From Thermoplasmatota archaeon (GTDB lineage Archaea; Thermoplasmatota; Thermoplasmata; UBA10834): a stretch of 64,000 bases of DNA. The notes under the pieces are model-generated. The model worked only from the letters and a program-made list of their open reading frames with translations, had not been told where the DNA came from and searched no databases. The position numbers and the translations under genes are program-made. The first letter of the stretch is position 1. Each line of letters opens with the position of its first letter. Shown one piece after another: positions 47,388 through 55,298 of this stretch. Location of the stretch: assembly GCA_963818745.1 (NCBI GenBank), contig CAWFTI010000001.1:156422-220421 (forward strand), written 5' to 3'.

Positions 47388-49244
47388 TTGCTAGTGGTAA
47401 CTGGGTCCGTACATCCCAGAGATCTGGCATGTCTTCGCCCGGGTGATCAGCTGCCTCAAGACCCTGTAAGAGCAGCCGCCTCAACCTCGTCCGTCGACGG
47501 TCTGACAGAGGTGGAGCTGACCTTCGATTCGATGAAGGCGATCATGAATGTAGCGTCCGGGCTCTATTCTCTGAAGAAGGTCCTCAAGACGGACGTTGGC
47601 CATTTCGAGAAGGATATCCTCTACAGGGTCGGTGCGGAAGCTGCCCGACTCTACCTGGACAGGCGTGCGACGGACACGGCCCCGAAGGAACCCAAGGACG
47701 CGCTCCTCCGGTTCCTGAGGAGCATGGCGTCCGACGGGATCGGCGCCTTCGAGATACTGCGATTCGACCACGAGAGGAGACTCGTCGAGCTCTCTGCGAG
47801 CGCGACCATCGAGGCGATCGGGTTCAGGGAGTACGGGGACGTTCAGAAGGATGTCTCGTGCTCGTACACCGCCGGGTTCATCGCCGCCATCTGCAGGCGG
47901 ATATTCGCGAACCAGCCCGATGGCGCATCCGACATAGAAGCGCTCGAGATCGAGTGCGCCGCTGGTGGGTCGACACGTTGCAGGTTCCTCGCGGGTCCGA
48001 AGAAGGAGCTCGAAGCGCTCGGGCACAGGATCCCGACTGCGAACGAGTCCATATCCGAGCACGCCCTGAAGCTCAACGAGGAGATCCTAGACAGCAACCT
48101 CAAGCTTCAGAACGCCAACCTCTCCCTTGAGAGGCAGGTCATCAAGCGCGGCGAGGACCTGCGCAAGGCCGAGGAGAATTTCAGGTCGATGGTCAACCTC
48201 TCGCCCGACGCGGTGATGATACTGGGGCACGACGGCAGGGTGAACCTGATCAATGAGGCCAGCCTGAGGATGCTCGCCTATCAGAGGGTCGAGGACGTGG
48301 AGGGCAAGATCATCTCGTCGCTGTTGGCAGAAGGCACGACGGCGTGGGACAAGCTCGCCTGGGCGCTCGAGAAGGAGAACATCGTCCGGAACATCGAGGT
48401 CAGGTTCGTCCGGATGGATGGCACCGAGTTCGCCGGGGAGGTCTCGGCCAGGTTCACCGAGAACCATGTAGAGAGACTGATCCAGATGATCGTCAGGGAC
48501 GTCACCGAGAGGAACAAGCATCTGGAGGACCTGCGGGAGGCAAGGCAGGAATCGGGATTCTTCAACACTCTTCTGTCGCACGATATTGTGAACCACTTGA
48601 GCGCCGCCATGCACTTCACCGAGAACCTCAGGAAGTCGCCCCACCTGTCGGAAGACGACCGGAAGAACCTGGATGTAGTCCACAAGAACATCAAGGGGGC
48701 GTTCGAGCTCGCAGCGGTCGTCAGGGACACTGCCAAGGCGAGGACGCTGGGCGAGGGCGACTGCGAGATGAAGGACATCGGGCACGTCCTGACGGAGGCA
48801 ATCGAGGACTCGAAGCGCATGTACTCCGACAGGAAGGTGCGCATCAACTTCACCGAGCCTACGGACCGGTGCTATGCTCGGGGGAATGTACTGCTGTCGA
48901 GACTGTTCTCCAACATTCTGACGAACTCGATCAAGTTCGACCCTCACCAGGAGGTCGTCGTGGATGTGACGGTGGACGCGGCCCACGACTCAGGCACCGC
49001 CTATTGGCGCGTGAGGATCTCCGACCGGGGGAAAGGCATACCCGACGAGGACAAGAAGAGGGTCTTCGACAGGTACTACAGGCGGGACACATCCATGCCC
49101 GGGACCGGCCTCGGCCTGTTCCTCTCCGCGCACCTGATCAATGTCTGCAGGGGCAGGATATGGGCGGAGAACAGGGTCGAAGGGGACCCCTCCCAGGGAA
49201 CGGCCATGGTGATGCTGCTGGAGAAGGCGGTCCAGAACCAGTAG
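47388..49244 (+). CDS. Sensor histidine kinase (V4R-like N-terminal domain, PAS, HisKA-like, HATPase)
   Basis: V4R-like region: CSYTAGFIAAICRRIF...ALEIECAAGGSTRCRF. Then a coiled coil, PAS (FRSMVNLSPDAVMILGHDGRV), H-box LLSHDIVNHLSA, and the ATPase N and G boxes (NILTNSIKF, DRGKGI, GTGLGL). The start is uncertain (TTG 47388 or ATG 47532). Confidence 0.8.
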   Translation: MLVVTGSVHPRDLACLRPGDQLPQDPVRAAASTSSVDGLTEVELTFDSMKAIMNVASGLYSLKKVLKTDVGHFEKDILYRVGAEAARLYLDRRATDTAPKEPKDALLRFLRSMASDGIGAFEILRFDHERRLVELSASATIEAIGFREYGDVQKDVSCSYTAGFIAAICRRIFANQPDGASDIEALEIECAAGGSTRCRFLAGPKKELEALGHRIPTANESISEHALKLNEEILDSNLKLQNANLSLERQVIKRGEDLRKAEENFRSMVNLSPDAVMILGHDGRVNLINEASLRMLAYQRVEDVEGKIISSLLAEGTTAWDKLAWALEKENIVRNIEVRFVRMDGTEFAGEVSARFTENHVERLIQMIVRDVTERNKHLEDLREARQESGFFNTLLSHDIVNHLSAAMHFTENLRKSPHLSEDDRKNLDVVHKNIKGAFELAAVVRDTAKARTLGEGDCEMKDIGHVLTEAIEDSKRMYSDRKVRINFTEPTDRCYARGNVLLSRLFSNILTNSIKFDPHQEVVVDVTVDAAHDSGTAYWRVRISDRGKGIPDEDKKRVFDRYYRRDTSMPGTGLGLFLSAHLINVCRGRIWAENRVEGDPSQGTAMVMLLEKAVQNQ

Positions 49245-49265
49245 GAGCAAACTTCGAGAGACGAG

Positions 49266-49338
49266 TGGGCCCGTCGCGATTTGAACGCGAGTCACCAGCA
49301 CCCCAAGCTGGAAGGATACCAAGCTACCCCACGGGCCC
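49266..49338 (-). tRNA. tRNA-Pro (anticodon GGG)
   Basis: Reverse complement: GGGCCCG TG GGGT AGCTTGGTA TCCT T CCAGC TTGGGGT GCTGG TGAC TCGCG TTCAAAT CGCGA CGGGCCC A. This gives a 7-bp acceptor stem, G18G19, U33, G37 and a T-loop TTCAAAT. The anticodon is at 49302-49304. CCA is not encoded. Confidence 0.85.
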
Positions 49339-49369
49339 TCGGGAGAAACAATGGCTCGGAGGCGCACCG

Positions 49370-49558
49370 TCAGTACGGTGCGACCTCGTCGATGAGGTTT
49401 GCGTGCGTCAGTATCATCCGCCGGCAGCAGTATCTGTCCAGGTGCAGAGAGTCCAGCACATCCTTCGCGGACTCGCCCATCTCGACCCTCTTGACGAAGT
49501 CCTCGTATGCGCTGCCGATGACCTTCCCACATGTGAAACATCTGACCGGTATGATCAT
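49370..49558 (-). CDS. rpoN: DNA-directed RNA polymerase subunit N (Rpb10 homologue)
   Basis: [15 protein letters not shown]...YCCRRM zinc-bundle signature, 62 aa. Confidence 0.93.
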   Translation of the reverse strand: MIIPVRCFTCGKVIGSAYEDFVKRVEMGESAKDVLDSLHLDRYCCRRMILTHANLIDEVAPY

Positions 49559-49564
49559 TCTTGA

Positions 49565-49963
49565 TCACCTGTACGATTTCTGACGCTTCTTTCTGGCGCC
49601 TCTGCCCAGGGGCTTCTTCGGAAGCTTCCTGCGTGGGTCCGATACCAGCAGAGAGCGGTCGTATTTCGTGAACAGGGCCTCGAGCTCCTCGTCCTCGAGG
49701 AACTGCACGAGACCTTTCGCGATCGCGGTCCTCGTGGCCGAAGCCTGACCCATGACCCCGCCGCCCTGCACGTTGACATCGATGCTGACCTTGGCCGACT
49801 TCTGTCCCGCGATGGTCAGCGGCTCCATGATCTTCATCCTCGCGAGGTGAGGCTCGTATATCTCGATCGGGACGCTGTTGATCCTGACCTGACCGAGGCC
49901 TTTCCTGACACTGGCTCTTGCCACCGCGCTCTTTCTCTTGCCGCTCGCAACGACGACCTTCAT
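49565..49963 (-). CDS. rps9: 30S ribosomal protein uS9
   Basis: GKRKSAVARA..., GGGVMGQA.A.R.AIAKGL, and C-terminal RKKRQKSYR. Confidence 0.95.
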   Translation of the reverse strand: MKVVVASGKRKSAVARASVRKGLGQVRINSVPIEIYEPHLARMKIMEPLTIAGQKSAKVSIDVNVQGGGVMGQASATRTAIAKGLVQFLEDEELEALFTKYDRSLLVSDPRRKLPKKPLGRGARKKRQKSYR

Positions 49964-50394
49964 CTCGCGACCTCCCTAGAAGAACCCATGTGCTTGGCGA
50001 TCTCGCCAAGGGACGTGTACTTCACCAGATGCGGCTTCTTGGCGCTCTCGAGGGTCTCGGCCTTCATGTCCTGGAACTCCTTCGGCACCCCGACATACAC
50101 CTTCAGACGCCTGTAGGCGTCACGTCCGCGGGGCTTCTTGTACTGCAGCATGCCCCGGACGGCCCGCTTGAGCATCATGTCCGCCGTTCTCGGGTAGTAG
50201 GGACCCTTCGCCTTCATCTGGCTGCTGGCCCTTTCGGTCCGGTGCTTGTAGTGCTCTTTGAGCTGCACCGACCTGCCCGACACGAGCGCCTTTTCGGCGT
50301 TGACTACGAATATCTCCTCTCCGTTCAGAAGGCGCTTGGCCAAGTGGGTGCACAGCCGGCCCAGTATCAATCCGCTTGCATCTACGACCGCCAT
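49960..50394 (-). CDS. rpl13: 50S ribosomal protein uL13
   Basis: VVDASGLILGRLCTHLAKRLLNGEEIFVVNAEKALVSG, and MLKRAVRGMLQYKKPRGRDAYRRLKVY. The stop overlaps the uS9 start (ATGA). Confidence 0.95.
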   Translation of the reverse strand: MAVVDASGLILGRLCTHLAKRLLNGEEIFVVNAEKALVSGRSVQLKEHYKHRTERASSQMKAKGPYYPRTADMMLKRAVRGMLQYKKPRGRDAYRRLKVYVGVPKEFQDMKAETLESAKKPHLVKYTSLGEIAKHMGSSREVAR

Positions 50395-50398
50395 GTGT

Positions 50399-50764
50399 TC
50401 ACCTCATGATCTTGACATTGGAGCCCTTCGGGTACTTCGCCACGAGCTCCTCTATCGACATGTTCTGTCCGCCAGCCTTCGATACCTTATCCTTCGCTTG
50501 TCCCGAGAACCTGTAGGCGGCGACAGTGACCTTCTTCGCAATCTCGCCTGCCCCTAGGAGCTTGCCCGGAACGACCACGATGTCGTTCTCGTCGGCGTAG
50601 CGGTTCAACTTGCCTACGTTGACCTCCGCCCAGTTCCTCATGGGGCCCTCAAGGCGCACTGCGATGTCTCGCCAGACAGGTGCCTCGTTCGTCCTGCTAG
50701 CATCCTTCAGATGCTGTATCAGGGTCACGAGGTTGGGGTTCGTTTTCTTGAAGTTCTTTCCCAT
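50399..50764 (-). CDS. rpl18e: 50S ribosomal protein eL18 (L18e)
   Basis: Starts at MGKNFKKTNPNLVTLIQHLKDASRTNEAPVWRDIAVRL, preceded by GGAGGAG. The longer N-terminus in the ORF track was rejected. Confidence 0.88.
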   Translation of the reverse strand: MGKNFKKTNPNLVTLIQHLKDASRTNEAPVWRDIAVRLEGPMRNWAEVNVGKLNRYADENDIVVVPGKLLGAGEIAKKVTVAAYRFSGQAKDKVSKAGGQNMSIEELVAKYPKGSNVKIMR

Positions 50765-51008
50765 TTCTGACTCCTCCGACACCAGAGAGCAGGCGAGTAA
50801 ATGTGGGAACCGTTTATAAAGCTTTGGATGTGTCACTTAGGCTGGCCAGATGTGCCAGGACGGGCCGGCTAGCCCGCCGCTGACACCGCCCGGGCCCTTC
50901 GACCGCCAACGGTCATAATAAGGCAGTCTCAGCCCAACAGAGACCAACAGAGGATATATATGCCATACGTTATACACCGAAAATCCAGCTTGGGTTCGGG
51001 AGATTCAG

Positions 51009-52055
51009 ATGATTCGTTTTGGTCCTGCAGGCATACCCTTGTCCTGTAAGGGTCGCACTTTGAGAGACGGTATCGAGGACGTTCACAACCTCGGCCTTAC
51101 CGCGATGGAGAGCCAATTAGTGAGAGCGCACGTGCAGGAGCGCACGGCCGAGGGCGAGGAGATAGGGATCGCCCCGAAAGACCTCACGACTGACATGGTC
51201 ATCGAGATCGTCAGGAAGAAGGGCACCAAGGACGAGGTCATATCCAACCTCGACGAACCGATCAAGACGGGCGACACGCTCGTCGCGCTCTCCAGCGGAC
51301 TCGCGAAGAGCTATCAGGAGCTCAGACAGCTGAAGATCATGGCAGACGAGCTCGACGTGACGCTCTCCATACACACGCCGTACTACATGGACATCGTCAG
51401 CGAAGGGGAGCTGTGCTTCAAGAGCATGGACTCCATCAGATGGGGCGGGATCATCGGCAAAGAGATCGGAGCCACGATGATCGTGACCCACCTCGGGCTG
51501 TACGGTGATGTCACCCCGAAGACGGCCCAGAAGAGGATAGGCGAGAGGATCGGCCAGCTGGCGAAGTGGTACAGGAAGCACGACATCAAAGCGCCCCTGG
51601 GGCTGGAGCTCAGCGGCAGGCGGGAGATATTCGGGTCCCTGCCCGAGGTGCTCAAGCTGTGCAAGGACATTGACGGCGTCGTCCCGGTCATCAACTTCGC
51701 GCACTACCATGCAAGAGAGAGCGGCCTGCTCAAGGAGCCGAAGGACTTCGACGAGCTGCTCGATTCCGTATGGGAATACGTGGATGGGGAGTTCTACACC
51801 CATTTCTCGGGCGTGGAGCACGAGGGAGGGAACGAGAAGAGATACACCTCGATCAAGAAGGGGGACCTCAGGTTCGAACCTCTGGCCGAGGCCATCGTCG
51901 ACCGCAACCAGCCGGTGACGATCATATCCGGGTCACCGCTCCTTGAGCACGACGCGATGTACATGAAGGTCATACTCGAGAGGGTCTTGGCGAAGAAGGT
52001 GTCCAAAGAGACCAAGAACAACAGCTCGAAGAAGGAGAAGGCCGGATCCAGATGA
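51009..52055 (+). CDS. Xylose-isomerase-like TIM-barrel protein (AP endonuclease 2 / EndoIV-like fold)
   Basis: MIRFGPAGIP...LGLTAME.QLVR, SIHTPYYMDI, MIVTHLG, INFAHYHA. Also has a Lys-rich C-terminal tail and an insertion of about 60 aa after strand 2. Confidence 0.5.
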   Translation: MIRFGPAGIPLSCKGRTLRDGIEDVHNLGLTAMESQLVRAHVQERTAEGEEIGIAPKDLTTDMVIEIVRKKGTKDEVISNLDEPIKTGDTLVALSSGLAKSYQELRQLKIMADELDVTLSIHTPYYMDIVSEGELCFKSMDSIRWGGIIGKEIGATMIVTHLGLYGDVTPKTAQKRIGERIGQLAKWYRKHDIKAPLGLELSGRREIFGSLPEVLKLCKDIDGVVPVINFAHYHARESGLLKEPKDFDELLDSVWEYVDGEFYTHFSGVEHEGGNEKRYTSIKKGDLRFEPLAEAIVDRNQPVTIISGSPLLEHDAMYMKVILERVLAKKVSKETKNNSSKKEKAGSR

Positions 52056-52588
52056 AGGAGAGCGTAGACTACATCACGAAGAGCATACAGCAGATTTTCA
52101 AAGAGGACATCGAGAACACCGACAAGTTCGTGGACTCGATCATCGGCTCGCGAAGGATATTCATCTACGGCGTCGGGCGGTCGGGACTGATCGCCAAGGC
52201 TTTCGCGATCAGGCTCGTCCAGATGGGGCTCGAGGTGTACTTCGTGGGGGAGACGATAACGCCCATCGTCGAGGAAGGGCACCTGGTCATCATCGTGTCC
52301 TACACCGGAGAGACCATGTCCGCGATCCAGACGGCGAACATCGTCCGCAGGGTGGGCGCGAAGGTCATCACGATCACTGCGAGCGCACACTCCAAGCTCG
52401 CGAGCGCTTCCAACCAGGTCGTGGTGATAGACCCGCCGAAGGACGAAGACAGGAAGCGCCTTGCACCCCTCGGCACACTGTTCGAAGACGCTACGTTGAT
52501 CTATCTCGACAGCATCGTGGCGCAGCTCATGGAGAAGCTGGGGCAGAGCGAAGGGTCGATGAGGAAGAGGCACGCGATCTGGGTCTGA
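52052..52588 (+). CDS. hxlB: 6-phospho-3-hexuloisomerase-like SIS-domain protein
   Basis: RIFIYGVGRSGLIAKAFAIRLVQMGLEVYFVGETITP, VIIVSYTGET. The start overlaps the upstream stop (ATGA). Confidence 0.75.
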   Translation: MKESVDYITKSIQQIFKEDIENTDKFVDSIIGSRRIFIYGVGRSGLIAKAFAIRLVQMGLEVYFVGETITPIVEEGHLVIIVSYTGETMSAIQTANIVRRVGAKVITITASAHSKLASASNQVVVIDPPKDEDRKRLAPLGTLFEDATLIYLDSIVAQLMEKLGQSEGSMRKRHAIWV

Positions 52589-52601
52589 CCACGGACCGTT
52601 C

Positions 52602-53747
52602 TCAGGGATCGCCCATTTTGTCTTTGGGCTGGTTGGTGTCAGCAGCGAGCTTCTTCCGCTTCCTCGCGAACCAGAACGACAGCCCCGCGCCGCACGCCAT
52701 CAGCCCCGAGAGGGCCAGGATCTCGGGGAGGTTCTCCTTCACCCAGTCGCGCATCCTGCCCGCGAAGCCGGACTCATCGATCCCCACGATGGTGTCTATG
52801 GTCACGGTGGAGTTCGCATCTGGGAGCGGGAATGCGGAATGCAGCACGAGCCCCGAGCCCGTGGTGTAGTACGAAGACCTCAGGGGCTCTTCCACCTCGG
52901 TCCCGTTCGTCTCGCACACGTACACGGAGTTCCATTCATAATGCGCCTGAACCGTCCAATCGTCCTTCGCGAACTCTATCTCCTGCATGGGGAGTCCGGT
53001 CTCGGCGAAGGAATGGGTGAAGTTCTCCCCCAGGTCCGTCTCGTCCACCCTTCCGGATACCTCGACCAGAGCGACATCGTCCTCGCGGCTGGCCTGCTTG
53101 AGGAGGAACACGGAGTTCGATCCCCCGCCTTGGAGCATCTGCTCCATGGCCGCCCCGGTCGCGTTGACCTGCTTGTTGATCCTAAGGGTCATGTTGGTCC
53201 TGATGTCGGTCTTCCCGTTGACGACATATGACCCGACCGAGCTGGAGCGAACCGTCGAGTTCTCGGTTATGGAGAACCAGAACGTGGCCACCGCCCAGTC
53301 GCTGACCTCGACCATGCTCCCGTTGTCCAGGAGCTTGGACGCCGACAACGACCCCGTCATCCCGAACTGGGCGTAGGAGCCGTTGACCTCGTCGACCCCG
53401 GAGTCCATCTGCGAGAGGTTCCAATCCACATGGTTGGAGTCCAGGTAGACCGTGTACGCGGCCTCGGACCGCGCGAAGACGCCGTCCTCGTTCGTGTCGT
53501 TGTACAGGTACATGCGCGGGATCCCCGCCTCGAAGGTGGGGGTCCAGGGGTCGACCGTGTGCCAGAAGATGATCCTGGGCCAATCGTAGGTGACGGCGGC
53601 GGTGAGGTTGCCCGATATGATGCCGATGCCGGTGTCCCCAGGGTTGACGACCAGGGCGTAGTCCTCTGCCCTGACGGAGGACGACAGTGCTGCCGAAAGG
53701 ACTATGCAGCAGGTCAGTGCGGCCAGGGCCCTGCACAACATTCGCAA
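52602..53747 (-). CDS. Predicted surface glycoprotein (signal peptide plus C-terminal TM anchor)
   Basis: N-terminal hydrophobic leader MRMLCRALAALTCCIVLSAALSSSVRA. About 11 N-x-S/T sequons. C-terminal TM ILALSGLMACGAGLSFWFA followed by RKRKK. Confidence 0.6.
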   Translation of the reverse strand: MRMLCRALAALTCCIVLSAALSSSVRAEDYALVVNPGDTGIGIISGNLTAAVTYDWPRIIFWHTVDPWTPTFEAGIPRMYLYNDTNEDGVFARSEAAYTVYLDSNHVDWNLSQMDSGVDEVNGSYAQFGMTGSLSASKLLDNGSMVEVSDWAVATFWFSITENSTVRSSSVGSYVVNGKTDIRTNMTLRINKQVNATGAAMEQMLQGGGSNSVFLLKQASREDDVALVEVSGRVDETDLGENFTHSFAETGLPMQEIEFAKDDWTVQAHYEWNSVYVCETNGTEVEEPLRSSYYTTGSGLVLHSAFPLPDANSTVTIDTIVGIDESGFAGRMRDWVKENLPEILALSGLMACGAGLSFWFARKRKKLAADTNQPKDKMGDP

Positions 53748-53839
53748 GCTGAGCCTCTCCTCTATGACACCCTAAGGCAGGATTCCCCGAAAAAGCTTTG
53801 TCAAGGGTGGCCAGGAGGTCTCATCGGACGGAAAGACCG

Positions 53840-54487
53840 TCAAACAGCGAGCTTCGTCTTCAGCTTGCGGGTCTTCCTGACCCTCTGCACGCCCTGGCCG
53901 AGCACCGCGAAGGGCACCTCGCAGTAGCCGTCGCCCTCGAGCTTGAAGGCCTTGATGTCCTTGTTCAACGGGTCGATCACGACCGCGCTGTGATACTCCT
54001 GGCTGAACATTGTCCGTTGGGTCTCCAGGTCGGTCCTCGACAAGAAGCAGGTGTGCCCCGGGTGGGAGTGATACCAGCCGACCAGTATGTAGTCGAACCC
54101 CGAGTCGTCCAGCTTGCTGAACAGTCTCGGGAACGCATCCGGGTCGAACCTGACCTTCGCGGAGGAGCTCTTGAGGTGGGTGGTCACGACGTCCCTCACC
54201 AACGCGTACGGCCTCCCCTTCCAGGTGAAGACCTCCCCGAGGAGGAACCCCATCACCTCGAGCCTCTTGGGGGCCTCCTTGAGGGCGTGGTCCATGATCT
54301 TCTCCTTCGCGATCCAGGAGAGGTACAGGTCGAACGGCCCGCTGAGGGTGGCTGTCCGCCGGTAGAGGTCGGCCGACTCTTCGGACAACCAGTCGTGGGG
54401 CCTGATATCCTCCCTGGACGGAGGCTCCCTCTCCTCCGTCTCTCGCCTGGTCTCCTTCAGTATCTTCGGCCTAGGCATCCGCACCAC
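53840..54487 (-). CDS. JAMM/MPN+ metalloprotease (Rpn11/JAB1-like isopeptidase)
   Basis: Conserved Glu in LEVMGFLLGE and the JAMM motif WYHSHPGHTCFLSRTD (HxHx7Sx2D). Start is GTG 54487 or ATG 54481. It overlaps the E2 gene end. Confidence 0.85.
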   Translation of the reverse strand: MVRMPRPKILKETRRETEEREPPSREDIRPHDWLSEESADLYRRTATLSGPFDLYLSWIAKEKIMDHALKEAPKRLEVMGFLLGEVFTWKGRPYALVRDVVTTHLKSSSAKVRFDPDAFPRLFSKLDDSGFDYILVGWYHSHPGHTCFLSRTDLETQRTMFSQEYHSAVVIDPLNKDIKAFKLEGDGYCEVPFAVLGQGVQRVRKTRKLKTKLAV

Positions 54488-54992
54488 CTATGATCCTTAT
54501 CCTGCGGTCGGACTGGTCCATCACCAGGGGCGGGCTGTACTTGTTCCTGTTGAAGTACGCGGCCGCGCGCGTGCACGTGTCGCTGCCGAACGGGTTCTTG
54601 GGGTTCGGGTTCACGAGCAGCGATTCTATGCCCTTGATGAACGTGACCAGGTTCGAGCTGAAACCCCAGTTCTCGAGCAGCTTCGTGCAGACGTACCCTC
54701 CGTCGTCCGGGGGCATGATGTTGGGATGGAAGATGGGCGTCAGCCACTTCACGATTGGCTTCTCGACCGGATAGTCCTCGTTGATGAACACGGACATCCG
54801 ATGGACGAACCTGTGGACGACCTTGTTCTCCTCCCAGGAAGGACCTGGCACGCGCAGGAAAGTCACATTGACGAGTATCGGGAACGCGTGAAGGGTGGGG
54901 TCCGAGACTGTTATGTGATGCCTGAGCTCGCGCTGGCACATCTCGATCTCGTTCCTAAGGCGGATGCGGAGCACGTCTGCGGGAAGTGCCAT
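54471..54992 (-). CDS. Ubiquitin-conjugating enzyme (E2/UBC fold)-like protein
   Basis: 173 aa. FINEDYPVEKPIVKWLTPIFHPNIMPPDDGGYVCTKLLENWGFSSNLVTFIKGIESLLVNPNPKNPFG contains the YP..P.v.F...i.HPN motif, a catalytic Cys (codon 54687-54689), the downstream W and LL..PNP..P. The ATG lies 5 nt after the Ubl stop. Confidence 0.8.
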   Translation of the reverse strand: MALPADVLRIRLRNEIEMCQRELRHHITVSDPTLHAFPILVNVTFLRVPGPSWEENKVVHRFVHRMSVFINEDYPVEKPIVKWLTPIFHPNIMPPDDGGYVCTKLLENWGFSSNLVTFIKGIESLLVNPNPKNPFGSDTCTRAAAYFNRNKYSPPLVMDQSDRRIRIIGGADA

Positions 54993-54997
54993 CTCGA

Positions 54998-55186
54998 CTA
55001 TCCGCCTTCGGGGTCGGGTATGAGTTCCAGAACATCCTCGGACCTGACACCAGCTTCCTTCAGCGAGGTACCGCCCCTGAGCACCTTCTTCCCCTTCCTG
55101 AGCACGTAGGCACCCATGTCCTTGCTCCAGAAGGTAGCTGCGCTCTCGATTATCTCGTCGACGGTGTTCTCGTCCTCGAGCTCCAT
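54998..55186 (-). CDS. Ubiquitin-like beta-grasp protein ending in Gly-Gly; the true 5' end probably lies upstream (up to 55254)
   Basis: The C-terminus is ...VLELIPDPEGG-stop. The open frame upstream of ATG 55186 reads FRIKVKNAETGAAVE(M)ELEDENTVDEII, which aligns to ubiquitin strands 1-2 and helix 1 ([25 protein letters not shown]). There is no in-frame ATG/GTG/TTG between the stop at 55271-55273 and 55186. Confidence 0.7.
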   Translation of the reverse strand: MELEDENTVDEIIESAATFWSKDMGAYVLRKGKKVLRGGTSLKEAGVRSEDVLELIPDPEGG

Positions 55187-55298
55187 CTCGACGGCAGCAC
55201 CCGTCTCTGCGTTCTTGACCTTTATTCTGAATGCCAGAAGACCACCGCCTTCACTGGACAGTTTGGCAGGTTATATGGTTTTCGAGTACCTGTAATAG

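Noticed and set aside
50830-50940. A GC-rich island with short hairpins inside the divergent eL18 / TIM-barrel promoter region, considered as a possible small RNA
   Set aside because: It has only 4-5 bp stems and no recognisable RNA family features. It cannot be supported without expression or covariation data.
54471-54500. The E2 C-terminus ...RRIRIIGGADA resembles a Ub-type (R)xxGG tail with a short pro-peptide
   Set aside because: The rest of the protein is clearly UBC-fold, not beta-grasp. A GG dipeptide near a C-terminus is weak evidence on its own. It is recorded only as a curiosity next to a JAMM protease.
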